Shown here: positions 10,768 to 22,296 of the stretch, piece by piece | Position numbering within the stretch: position 1 is the first letter of the stretch | Layout: the number at the start of each line of letters is the position of its first letter | Origin: an uncultured Chloroflexia bacterium | Lineage (GTDB): Bacteria; Chloroflexota; Dehalococcoidia; DSTF01; JALHUB01 | NCBI GenBank assembly: GCA_963726245.1 | Contig: CAVSBT010000015.1 | Location: forward strand, 160,001-224,000 | Direction of reading: 5' to 3' | DNA length: 64,000 nt | Notes under the pieces: generated by a model | What the model was told of the DNA's origin: nothing | Seen by the model: only the letters and a program-made list of their open reading frames with translations | Database searches by the model: none | Position numbers and translations under genes: made by a program

Positions 10768-12983
10768 TGAAGGGCGGAGGCGGATCGTCTGGAATCCATG
10801 GTGCGGCGCACGAAAAGGACGCCGCGAATGGACTCCATCTTGGTCAGGACGCGGCTCAACTGCTCAACACCCGTCGTCTCCAGGGTGAGGAAGACGCTGA
10901 CCGTGTGGTCGGGGTGCTCCTGAGTGCGCACGGCGCCCATGTTGACGTGCTCCTCTGCCACCAGGGTGCTGATGTCCCGCATCAGGCCCACCCGATCCCA
11001 GGCTTCGATGCGCACGGCGACCGGGTAGAGCTGCCCACCGCGGCCCCACTCCACGTCCACCAGACGCTCGCGCTCTTCCTCCTGGAGGACGTTGGAGCAA
11101 TCGCGCCGGTGGACGGTGACGCCGCGGCTGCGGGTGACGTAGCCGATGATGGTGTCGCCGGGGACAGGGTTGCAGCAGCGCGCCAGTTGGGTCAGGAGAT
11201 CGCCTGTCCCCAACACACGAATGGCGGAGGTATAGACGGGGCCGCCCGGAGCCTCAGGCCGCGCCTTTTCCTTTTCCGGCGCCTCCTCTGCGGCGAGGAG
11301 GTGAGTCAGTTTCAAAGTCACCTGGTGCAGGCTGATACCGCCGTATCCCAGCGAGGCCAGGAAGTCGTCCCAGCTATCCTGGCGGAACCGGCTAAGGAGC
11401 TCGTCCTGGCACTCGGAGAGCGGGAGTCCCAGCCGGCGCAGCTCGCGGTCCAGCACCTCGCTGCCCCTCTCTATGTTCTCCTGCCGCTCCTGCTTCTTGA
11501 ACCACTGGCGCACCTTCTCCTTTGCGTGGCTGGTCTTGATATAGCCCAGGTTGGGGTTCAGCCAGTCGCGGGAGGGGCCGCGAGAGCTCTTGCTGGTCAT
11601 GATCTCCACCACGTCGCCGTTTTGGAGCGCGTGGTTCAGCGTCACCAGGCGGCTGTTGACCCGGGCGCCGATGCAGTGATAGCCGACGTCGGTGTGGATG
11701 CGGAAGGCGAAGTCGAGGGGCGTGGAGCCCATGGGCAGGTCCTTGACCTCGCCCTTTGGCGTGTAGACGAAGACCTGGTCCTGGAAGAACTCTGTCTTGA
11801 GCGACTCCACGAAGTCGTCGTCGCCCGACATCTCCCGCTGCCACTCCAGGAGCTGTCGGAGCCAGGAGAGGCGCTGCTCGTACTGCTTCTCGCGGCGTCC
11901 GCCCTCTTTGTAGCGCCAGTGAGCGGCCACGCCGTACTCGGCGAGGCGGTGCATCTCGTGGGTGCGGATCTGCACCTCCAGCGGCCGGCCGCCAAGGCAG
12001 AGGACGGTCGTGTGCAGCGCCTGGTAGAGGCTCTCCTTCGGGCTGCCGATGTAATCGTCGAACTGGCCGGGTATCGGGTGCCAGAGGACGTGGACGACAC
12101 CCAGGGCGCTGTAGCAGTCGGCGACGGTGTCTACCAGCACCCGCAGCGCCATGAGGTCGTAGATCTCGCTGAAGCTCTTGCCCTGGGCCTCGTACTTCTC
12201 GATCTTCTGGTAGATGCTGTAGATGTGCTTGGCCCGACCCTGGACCTCGGCCTCGACCCCCTGCTTCTTCAGCTCTTCGCGCAGGATCTTTTCCACCTGG
12301 GCGATGTACCGGTCTCGCGACACGCGTTTGCTGGCCAGGAGCTGGGCGATCTCGTCAAAGCGGTCCGGCTGGAGGTGCTTGAACGAGAGGTCTTCCAGCT
12401 CGCGCGCTATCTGCCAGATGCCGAGACGGCTGGCCAGAGGAGCGAAGATCTCCATCGTTTCCTGCGCGATGCGCCGGCGCTTGTCATCGGACAGCGCGTC
12501 CAGGGTACGCATGTTGTGGAGGCGGTCGGCGAGCTTGATGATGACCACGCGGACGTCCTCGGCCATAGCGAGGAACATCTTGCGCAGGTTCTCGGCCTGG
12601 ATGCCGGGATCCAGGCTCCTGTCGGTGGGTGCGCGCCACGTGATGCGCTCCAGCTTGGTGGCGCCGTCCACCAGTCGCGCTATCTCCCGCCCGAAGCGCT
12701 TGGCGAGATCGGCGTTGGGGATGCCGCAGTCCTCCTGCACGTCGTGCAGCAGGGCGGCGGCCACCGCCGTCGCGTCGAGCTGGAGCGCGGCCACCGTCAT
12801 CGCCGCGTCGAAGGGATGGCTGATGAAGGGGTCGCCCGACTTGCGCACCTGCCCCTGGTGCGCCGTCTCGGCGAAGGCGTAGGCCTCGCTTACGAGGGCG
12901 ACTTTGTCCTCGGGCAGGTACTCGCGAGTACGGGCCAGGAGATCGTTAACGTTCACCTGAGATAGTGTCGGCTTGCTTGCCAC
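10764..12983 (-). CDS. relA: bifunctional (p)ppGpp synthetase/hydrolase
   Basis: HD domain (ALLHDVQED), KLADRLHNMRTL, synthetase, TGS and ACT domains; start codon uncertain. Confidence 0.96.
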   Translation of the reverse strand: MASKPTLSQVNVNDLLARTREYLPEDKVALVSEAYAFAETAHQGQVRKSGDPFISHPFDAAMTVAALQLDATAVAAALLHDVQEDCGIPNADLAKRFGREIARLVDGATKLERITWRAPTDRSLDPGIQAENLRKMFLAMAEDVRVVIIKLADRLHNMRTLDALSDDKRRRIAQETMEIFAPLASRLGIWQIARELEDLSFKHLQPDRFDEIAQLLASKRVSRDRYIAQVEKILREELKKQGVEAEVQGRAKHIYSIYQKIEKYEAQGKSFSEIYDLMALRVLVDTVADCYSALGVVHVLWHPIPGQFDDYIGSPKESLYQALHTTVLCLGGRPLEVQIRTHEMHRLAEYGVAAHWRYKEGGRREKQYEQRLSWLRQLLEWQREMSGDDDFVESLKTEFFQDQVFVYTPKGEVKDLPMGSTPLDFAFRIHTDVGYHCIGARVNSRLVTLNHALQNGDVVEIMTSKSSRGPSRDWLNPNLGYIKTSHAKEKVRQWFKKQERQENIERGSEVLDRELRRLGLPLSECQDELLSRFRQDSWDDFLASLGYGGISLHQVTLKLTHLLAAEEAPEKEKARPEAPGGPVYTSAIRVLGTGDLLTQLARCCNPVPGDTIIGYVTRSRGVTVHRRDCSNVLQEEERERLVDVEWGRGGQLYPVAVRIEAWDRVGLMRDISTLVAEEHVNMGAVRTQEHPDHTVSVFLTLETTGVEQLSRVLTKMESIRGVLFVRRTMDSRRSASALQ

Positions 12984-13127
12984 GGTTTCATTGTAATCTA
13001 GCACGTTGACCCATGTCTTGCAGGCCGCTCTGGAACCGTAGCACCCCGCTCCAGGCCCGGCTCCTTGACTCGCGGGTGTACAATGCGGCTGGCAGTGCTA
13101 GCCGTGTGTTTCATGAGGAGGGACACC

Positions 13128-13613
13128 ATGAAGCGCCCTGCAATTGCAGCCATGCTCGGTATCGCCACCGCTCTTCTGGCGTGCGGCTGCATGTGGGGGC
13201 ACGTCTATGACGCCGAGACCGGCCTCGATGTGCCCGGCGCGACGATATCGTGGGTGGATACCCAAGGATATTCCGGGTCTGAGACGACCGGGCTATTCTG
13301 GGCGCCAGGCCTGTATGTGTTCTGCGGGTATTCCATAATACCCCACTACAACCCCATTACTTTCACAGTCACCGCGCCAGGCTATATGACCCTCGTGGCG
13401 CACCGGAATCTGTCATGGGACGACGGGTCATACGCCGGAGGTACGCCCACCTGTGACAACATGTGGGACGTTCAAGACTTCAGCCTCATGCCCCTTCCTG
13501 GAACCTCCGGGCTGCCACCCCATACGCCGGTGCCAACGCCCACGGCAACCCCTACGGTGGCTCACCCACCGACGCCAACGCCAACACCCAAGCCCGGAAT
13601 CATGGTCCGATAG
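13128..13613 (+). CDS. secreted protein or lipoprotein with carboxypeptidase-regulatory-like beta domain and Pro/Thr-rich tail
   Basis: GAGGAGG RBS; signal peptide ending LLACGC; GHVYDAETG..PGATI..VTAPGY pattern; PT repeats. Confidence 0.7.
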   Translation: MKRPAIAAMLGIATALLACGCMWGHVYDAETGLDVPGATISWVDTQGYSGSETTGLFWAPGLYVFCGYSIIPHYNPITFTVTAPGYMTLVAHRNLSWDDGSYAGGTPTCDNMWDVQDFSLMPLPGTSGLPPHTPVPTPTATPTVAHPPTPTPTPKPGIMVR

Positions 13614-13983
13614 CTGCCGACCAGCATGGCGGTGCCGCCCCCACGTGGCTAGACATCACCGCCTGGCTCTGGTGCGCGTAGCGCTACGTATAAATCCGTA
13701 GTCATAGACTGCTTCCATCGAGTGCCGGAGTAGTTATGCTCGCCACGAGCCTTCGGACGGGTTCGTGCCTGAGCAGGGACGCCCTCTCCAAGGTTCATGC
13801 AAGCCGCCAGGGCCGTACATCTTGAAACCTCCGGCGGGCCTGGCGGCCTCTTCTTGTCCCAGAAAGAAGCCATCAGAGCACGGTGGGCACAGACGCGTTG
13901 CCGCGTCCGCAATCACGTCCAGCCGTTTCAAGCCACCTCGGGCCTAGCCGCGTCGCATGGGACGCAAGCGTCTTAGGCGCATC

Positions 13984-14011
13984 TTGACAAGCTTGCGGTA
14001 AGTCGTATACT
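13984..14011 (+). promoter_or_regulatory. sigma70-type promoter TTGACA-N16-TATACT
   Basis: near-consensus hexamers with no credible ORF directly downstream. Confidence 0.7.
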
Positions 14012-14018
14012 GTTGGTC

Positions 14019-14119
14019 GCCGAGGCTGACCCCCCAACGCCTCTCAGGTACGGCATGGAGGCTTGCCAGGGTCCAGGCAGGGAAGCCTGGAGGGAGGGAG
14101 TCGGCTTCGGCCTTTCTCT
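14019..14119 (+). ncRNA. candidate structured small RNA (three-way junction)
   Basis: starts about 8 nt after the -10 box; 12-bp closing stem, two internal hairpins, pyrimidine tail. Confidence 0.45.
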
Positions 14120-15499
14120 GAACACTCAGCGCCTCAACCCGACAGGTACAGGGCGGGTTTGGTCCCCGGCTCCACTTTCTCTTCTGCCGCATCTCTCCCC
14201 CGCTAGACCGGGGCGCTACGCAAAGGGCCACACCCTCGCACCCGCGACCTAGCCGACGCCCACCGGCAGGCCAGTCCGGGGGACAACTTGCGGTCAAAGG
14301 CGTGATTGCCCTCACCCTCTTGACTCGCGGGTGTACAATGCGCGTGTCCCCGCCAGTGCTCTCCGTCAGGAGGTCTCGAAATGGAGCAGCCGGTGAGAGG
14401 GGCCCCTTTCTGTCTGGCGCGGTACTCGTCGTTGTTCGGTCATCTTCACCTGTCACATGGCGGGCGCAGGCGAACTTCTGGTTTGAAGGTCGCCGCGGGA
14501 GAGGCACAGCCTGGGCAGCCCTCACTCGTCTGCCACGGCGTCGGTGCAGTCATCATTGCCTAGGGCCGATTGCTTTCGCTGAACTGCGTCAGGGCAATGA
14601 CTAGTGCAACGTTGCACCGCTGGGGTCAACATGAGCTGCCGGACAAATGCTTCGTCCGACTAGGCGTTGCTTCGGGCGTGGCCGGGTACGCCACCTCTCA
14701 TCGGCGGCCTCGCGGTCGCCTTCACCGCCTTGCTCCGCGATCGACCGCAGGTAAGGAGTCGAACAAGCATCGCCTGGACGCTGACGCCGTCCTCTGGTTG
14801 GAGCGACGTGGTCAAGATCAACGACTACGATGCGAATGACGGCGCGCTCACATCGAGATCGCCAGTCGGCGGGTCTGGGCTTCGTCCCTGCCCAACTCGA
14901 TGAAAAACAGGATTATCATCAGTGCAGCGGCCCAGCAGACTTCCGCCGACGGCGTCAAGCTTCCTGGAGGCGTCCATGCCTCAATCGATGTCAAACTGGC
15001 GTGTCGTTGCCCACTAGATGCTCTTGGCCGTGGCTGGGTTCGAAGACCATCTAGGGTGAGATCCAGCACATGCCTATCGCTGGACGCAGCCCAGACTGGC
15101 CGCCTCTACCGCGGTAAGCCGGCGCGCTCCAAAGCAAGCATTCGGCCGATTCTCGTCAAGGCGCCGGCAAAGTCGCTCAGACGTTCAGAATGGCGACCGT
15201 GCGAACGACAGTATCCCTTGACATGGAAGGCCATAGCATGCGCGTGCGAACTAATGGCCACAGCAGGTCCCTACATGGTGCGAGGATCATCGCCAAGAAT
15301 CACGAGGCGCGGGCCCGTCAGGCATACGCGAGACGACCAAAGCGCCGCCTAGTGCTCGCTGGGTGCCAGAGCAGATTCGGCGTACTAGATGCCGCTGGCG
15401 ATCCATGCAGACGATCGCCGCCGTCCCTAAGTCCACAGCCAGTAGTGCCGCGGCGCACCGATGGTCATCTCGTAGCGGCTGCGCGCGGCTGCGCACCGC

Positions 15500-16120
15500 C
15501 TATCGCCGGGGCGGCCGCTTCATCGTCCAGTAGTGCATGCCTCCGCCCGGCAGGTCGCCCTCGACCAGCACCTCGAAGCCGTGCTTCCGGTAGAAGGGGA
15601 CGTTGACGTCCTTGTCGGTCTCGAGGTAGCAGGGCAGCGCTTCCGCGTCCGCCCGCGCCAGCACCGGCTGGAGCAGCGCGCCGCCGACCCCCTGACCCTG
15701 CCGCGGCGGGTCGACGCCGAGGACCCAGAGATACCAGTGCGGCTCCGGGGCGTCGCGCCGGCGCAGCCCGTCGAAGTAGCTCTTCATGGCTATCAGCCGC
15801 TGATACGGCTCCGCGCCCAGCTTCTGGGGCATCGACGCCATGCCCGCGCGGATGACCGTCTCCCGGTTCATGGGAGGGCTGGCGGGCGACAGCCAGACCG
15901 CAGCGCCCTCCACCACGTCCGCGGTGGTGTAGACCTCGCCGTAGAGGTGGCCGTAGCGGGTGGACGTGCCGAACATCCAGCTCAGCGGGCGCATGCGCTT
16001 CGCAGCGTCGGGAAGGAGGTACACGGACATGGGGTTGTCGTAGAAGGCCCTGCCGAGCATGTCGCCCGCCTCCTTGACCTGTCGTGCGGCGAGGTGCACT
16101 ATTCCGCTTGTCGGCTCCAT
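15500..16120 (-). CDS. GNAT family N-acetyltransferase
   Basis: HWYLWVLGVDPPRQGQGVG, YLET, NVPFYRKHGF. Confidence 0.9.
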   Translation of the reverse strand: MEPTSGIVHLAARQVKEAGDMLGRAFYDNPMSVYLLPDAAKRMRPLSWMFGTSTRYGHLYGEVYTTADVVEGAAVWLSPASPPMNRETVIRAGMASMPQKLGAEPYQRLIAMKSYFDGLRRRDAPEPHWYLWVLGVDPPRQGQGVGGALLQPVLARADAEALPCYLETDKDVNVPFYRKHGFEVLVEGDLPGGGMHYWTMKRPPRR

Positions 16121-16255
16121 CGCAGGCTCTCCTCAATTGGATGCTAATTGGCATGAGTGTATACCAGGCCGCGATCGTCGCGCCACAGCGACGCGGGAGA
16201 CTGCGGGAGCGTGACATCACCGGTGACAACCCCTGTATTCGGTAAGGAGAAGAGT

Positions 16256-17315
16256 GTGTATAGGATCGCCGTGATCCCCGGCGACGGGACCGGGCCCGAG
16301 GTGGTGCGCGAAGGGCTGAAGGTCCTCGATGCCGCCGCCAAGGCCGTCGGGTTCAAGTACGAGACCGTCAGCTTACGACTTCGGGGGCGAGCGCTACCTC
16401 CGCACCGGCGAGACCCTGCCGGACGGGCGCCCTGGACGAGCTGCGCCAGTTCGACGCCATCTACCTGGGCGCCATCGGCCACCCCGACGTGCCGCCGGGC
16501 ATCCTGGAGAAGGGCATCCTGCTCGCCATGCGGTTCGAGCTGGACCAGTACATCAACCTGCGGCCGGTCAAGCTCTACCCCGGCGTGGACTGCCCGCTCA
16601 AGGACAAGGGGCCGGAGGACATCGACTTCGTCGTCGTGCGCGAGAACACCGAGGGGCTCTACACCGGCATGGGCGGCTTCCAGTACAAGGGCACGCCCGC
16701 AGGAGGTGGCGACGCAGATCCACTGCACCACGCGCTTCGGGGCGGAGCGGGCCATCCGCTACGCCTTCGAGCTGACCCGCAAGCGCAACAAGAGGAAGCA
16801 GCTACACCTGGTCGGCAAGACCAACGTGCTGACCTACGTCCACGACACCTGGTGGCGCGCCTTCCACGAGGTCGGCGAGGCCGACTACCCCGACATCAAG
16901 CGCGACTACGCCCACGTCGACGCCATGCTGCATGTGGTTCGTCAAGAACCCCGAGTGGTTCGACGTGATCGTCACCGACAACATGTTCGGCGACATCATC
17001 ACCGACCTGGGGGCGATGATCCAGGGCGGCATGGGCATCGCCGCCGGCGGCAACATCAACCCCCAGGGCGTCACCATGTTCGAGCCCATCGGCGGCAGCG
17101 CCCCCAAGTACACGGGCAAGAACGTCATCAACCCGCTGGCCGCCATCTGCGCCGCCCAGATGATGGCCGCCGAGCTGGGCGAGCCGGAGGCCGCCCGGCG
17201 CATGGAGGGCGCCGTCATCAAGGCCCTGGCCAGCGGCAGGATCAAGTCGATGAGCGCCGGCCGGATGGGGATGAGCACCTCCGAGGTCGGCGATCTGGTG
17301 GCAGGCTACGTGTAG
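16256..17315 (+). CDS. leuB: 3-isopropylmalate dehydrogenase (or a close family member); several frameshifts
   Basis: [50 protein letters not shown]. Confidence 0.85.
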
Positions 17316-17348
17316 GGGTGTGAGGAGCTAGGTCGCGGGCGACACGAC

Positions 17349-18879
17349 GTGCTGGCGAAGGTGAATAGCTGCGCCGTGGTGGGCCTCGACGGGACCCTGG
17401 TCGAGGTGGAGGTGGACATCGCCTCCGGCATGCCCGCCTTCAACATCGTCGGCCTGCCCGACGCGGCGGTCCAGGAGGCGAAGGAGCGGGTGCGCTCCGC
17501 CATCCGCAACTCCGGGCTCCAGTTCCCCCAGAAGCGCATCACGGTCAACCTGGCCCCCGCCGACGTTCGCAAGGAGGGGCCGGCCTACGACCTGCCCATC
17601 GCCGTGGGCATCGTCCTCGCCTCCGGGCAGGCCACGGCCGACGTCTCGCGCTCCCTCTTCCTGGGCGAGCTCTCTCTCGACGGGCTGGTGCGCCACTCCC
17701 ACGGCATCCTTTCGATGGTCGCGCTGGCCCGCGAGAAGGGCTGCGAGCAGGTCTTCGTGCCGGAGGCGGACCTCGGAGAGGCGACGCTCATCGGCGGGAT
17801 GAACGTCCTGCCCGTGGCCAGCCTGACGCAGCTCGTCGGCCACCTGCGCGGCGACGGCGCCATCGCTGCCGTTCGCACCGACGGCCTGGCCGAGCAGGCG
17901 CCGGAGATGCCCTGGGAGGGCGTGGACTTCTGCCACATCAAGGGGCAGGAGCACGTGAAGCGGGCCCTGGAGGTGGCGGCCGCCGGAGGGCACAACGTCC
18001 TCATGACGGGCCCGCCGGGCAGCGGCAAGACGCTGCTGGCCCGCTCGCTGCCCTCGATCATGCCCTCGCTTGGGCCGGAGGAGGCGCTGGAGGTGACCAA
18101 GGTCTACAGCGTGGCCGGCCTCCTGCGAGGCGACACGCCCCTGGTCAGGCAGAGGCCGTTTCGCTCGCCGCATCACACCATCTCTCACGCCGGGCTCGTG
18201 GGCGGCGGCCGGCAGCCGCGCCCGGGCGAGATCAGCCTCAGCCACCGCGGCGTTCTCTTTCTCGACGAGCTTCCGGAGTTCGGACAGGCGGTGCTGGAGG
18301 TGCTGCGCCAGCCCATGGAGGACCGGTGTGGTGACGATCAGCCGGGCCCAGGGCTCCGTGACCTACCCGGCCAACTTCATGCTGGTGGCGGCCATGAACC
18401 CCTGCCCCTGCGGCTTCTACGGCGACCCGACGAAGGAATGCACCTGCAGCGAATCGGTGGTGAGCCGCTACCAGAAGCGAATCTCCGGGCCTCTCCTCGA
18501 CCGCATCGACATCTTCGCCGAAGTGCCGCGGGTGGACTACGAGAAGCTGGCCGCCGACACCGCCGGCGAGCCTTCGACCGCCGTTCGCGCCAGGGTGCAG
18601 GGCGCCGGGCGGGTGCAGCAGGCCCGCTTCCAGGGCACCCGCTTCATCTGCAACGCGGAGATGACCCCCACGGAGGTCCGCGAGTACTGCCAGGACCGCC
18701 TGGAGGAGTCGGCGCGCTCGCTGCTCCGGCTGGCCATGCAGCAGTTGTCGCTGTCGGCGCGGGCCTTCCACCGGGTGCTGAAGCTGGCCCGCACCATCGC
18801 CGACCTGGCGGGCCAGGAGGAGATCGCCTCGCAGCACGTGGCGGAGGCGATCCAGTACCGGCACCGGGGCCGGGCCTGA
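17349..18879 (+). CDS. comM: YifB/ComM Mg-chelatase-like AAA ATPase; frameshift near 18325
   Basis: [43 protein letters not shown]. Confidence 0.92.
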
Positions 18880-18944
18880 GGGCGCAGGCGGCCTGCCGGC
18901 GGCCCTTGCCAGGGTTTCGCCCTGCGGTCTAAGATGAGGGTCGT

Positions 18945-20263
<1,319 letters not shown>

Positions 20264-20367
20264 TGGTGGCACCCCTCCTTGAGCGAATCTGCCCAGGCCT
20301 TTCTCCTTCGGTCCTAGTGTTGGTTGCTTCCTAAACGCGTCATCACTGTACAGAGTAACTGTCCTCT

Positions 20368-20416
20368 GTGAAGGGGCTGTGAATTCGCTGGCGGGGTTGC
20401 GTGAAAGAACCGTGAA
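20368..20416 (-). promoter_or_regulatory. phased TTCAC direct repeats (OmpR/PhoB-type boxes) upstream of the cupredoxin
   Basis: GTGAA at 20368, 20379, 20401 and 20412, all at multiples of 11 bp; TACTCT -10 at 20352-20357. Confidence 0.55.
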
Positions 20417-20609
20417 GGTCTCGCGAGCTGTGCGCGACGGAGGGAGATGCGACGGGTTGGGCTCTTGCTCGCGCGGGCCACGGTTTCCCGCTACGCAGCC
20501 ATCAGGGCCGCTGAGACGGCCAGGGCAGCCCATCGGCGATCAGTTCGGCGGGGTAGGGCATGGCAGGCGCGCTCAGCGGGCCGACATGATACGAGCGAGG
20601 CGATGCACC

Positions 20610-20840
20610 ATCGATAGCGTAATCATCTTCGAGGTGGAGGAGTCGCCAGAAGGCAGGTACAACCCAGGGCCCTCGGTCACTCCATCTGCACGCAGGCCGA
20701 GACCATCGCTGAACTGAAGGCGATAGTGCAGGATGCCGTGCGCTGTCACTTCGAGAATAAGGATAGGCCTCGCGTCATCCGCCTGCATCTCATCGAGGAC
20801 GAGGTGATCGCCGTTTGAAGCTGCCCCGTGACCTCGTTGA
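20610..20840 (+). pseudogene. decayed HicB-like antitoxin plus a HicA-like toxin stub
   Basis: IIFEVEESPEG.Y..RALGHSICTQAETIAELKAIVQDAVRCHF..IRLHLIEDEVIAV*, lost start and frameshift; overlapping TTG-KLPRDL stub. Confidence 0.65.
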
Positions 20841-20850
20841 ACGTAGCCGG

Positions 20851-22128
20851 TCACGCGGCCAGGGCGGCGGCGAACGTGCTCTCCAGGTCCTCCGGTCGCA
20901 CCTTGGCGGCCGCTGCCAGCTTGGCCCTCATCTCGGGGTCTTCCAGATCGCGCCGCTCCAGTCGCTGCATGTAGTCGCGGGCCACCCGGTAATACTCCGA
21001 CTCGATATCGACCAGGCGAACGCGGGTGCGGCCCGTGGCCGGGTCGCGGAGGTCTTCGAAAGGCAGAGCCTGCAACCGCCCTTCCTCCAGGCAGACGAGG
21101 CCGCCGTAGCGCAGGTTCTCGCCCGCCGGCTCCGTGAGCAGGAACTGGACGGCGCCGTGCCCCAGCGTGCGCGTGTAGTCGATGTCAAAGGGGATGGGTG
21201 GGGCGCAGCGCAGCTCGTATCCCAGAGTCACGTCAGCAATCGATAGCCGCTGGCCGCGGGCGGCGAGACGCTTGAGGATTTCGCGCTTGAGGATCGTGGC
21301 CAGGGGTATCTCAGCCAGCAAAATGTGGCCATAGGGGTCATATCCCACCACCACGTCTGTGATACCGGCCAGCTCTTCGGGGTCCAGCTTGCCGGCGACG
21401 CCTTCGCCGATGACCACCAGGCCGTCTTTGCGGCCCAACACGCATCGCTTCAGGATCGCGGCCTCCAGGACCGTGCAGACCTCGTTCAGGGTGATGCGTT
21501 CCTTTTGGAACTCCTCTGCGATGACGGTCAGGGTGGCGCTGGCGGACTTGCCGATGCCCAGCGCCAGGTGGCCGGCCCTTCGACCCATGACGACCGTGAA
21601 GAACCAGCGGCTGGTCGTGCGAGAGTCCTCCATGAGGTTCAGCACCAGGGCGGCGCCGACGTGGCGGGCGGTCTCGTAGCCGAAGGTCGGCATGCCGGCG
21701 GGAAGCGGCAGGTCGTTGTCGATGGTCTTTGGCACGTGAGCGACCCTGACCTTGCCCTGTGCGGCCTTGGCTACCTCGAAGGCGGCGAACGCCGTGTCGT
21801 CGCCGCCGATCGTTATGAGATCGCTGATGCCCAACTCCTGGAGAGCACCGGTCGTACGCTCCAGGTGCTCCGCCTTGCGCGTCGGGTTGGCGCGGGAGGT
21901 GCGCAGGATCGAGCCGCCTTGCACATGGATGCGCGACACGTCGGGAATGGCCAGCGGACGTACCATGTCCGTGCGCCCGTTCAGCAAGTGCTCAAAGCCG
22001 TCATAAATGCCTATGACGTCCAGGCCTCTGTTCCGGGCTTCAATCGTCGCAGAGCTAATGGCGCTGTTGATGCCAGGGGCGGGGCCTCCTCCAACCAGGA
22101 TCCCCAGCCGCCTTTGTTCCGTGACCAT
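20851..22128 (-). CDS. pfp: pyrophosphate-dependent 6-phosphofructokinase
   Basis: GGGPAPGIN, GGDDT, PKTIDND (PPi-type residues), MGR, LGYELRC. Confidence 0.9.
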   Translation of the reverse strand: MVTEQRRLGILVGGGPAPGINSAISSATIEARNRGLDVIGIYDGFEHLLNGRTDMVRPLAIPDVSRIHVQGGSILRTSRANPTRKAEHLERTTGALQELGISDLITIGGDDTAFAAFEVAKAAQGKVRVAHVPKTIDNDLPLPAGMPTFGYETARHVGAALVLNLMEDSRTTSRWFFTVVMGRRAGHLALGIGKSASATLTVIAEEFQKERITLNEVCTVLEAAILKRCVLGRKDGLVVIGEGVAGKLDPEELAGITDVVVGYDPYGHILLAEIPLATILKREILKRLAARGQRLSIADVTLGYELRCAPPIPFDIDYTRTLGHGAVQFLLTEPAGENLRYGGLVCLEEGRLQALPFEDLRDPATGRTRVRLVDIESEYYRVARDYMQRLERRDLEDPEMRAKLAAAAKVRPEDLESTFAAALAA

Positions 22129-22296
22129 TCCGGCGTTTCTCCTGCTGCTGATCGCGATCAGATTAGTATCGTCTTATCGCGCCGCCTTCGCAAGGGGAGG
22201 CCGCATGCGCAGGAGGCGGCCTGTGCGGCGGGTCGGGGGTGTGGCACGCGCAGAAGGCGGGCCATATAATGGCGGCGATTGTGGAGGAGGCTCGAG

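Noticed and set aside
10731-12965. Long antisense ORFs (for example 10731..12965 +, 43818..45971 +, 6641..7993 +)
   Set aside because: Shadow ORFs expected opposite GC-rich genes; no motifs
14018-14150. Glycine riboswitch-like words (CGCCGAgG, CTCTCAGGTA)
   Set aside because: The upstream GGAGA element and P1/P2 are absent because the promoter occupies that space, and no glycine gene follows
14570-15480. Short ORFs in the gene-poor region
   Set aside because: No RBS or motif support; they look like decayed fragments and cannot be assigned
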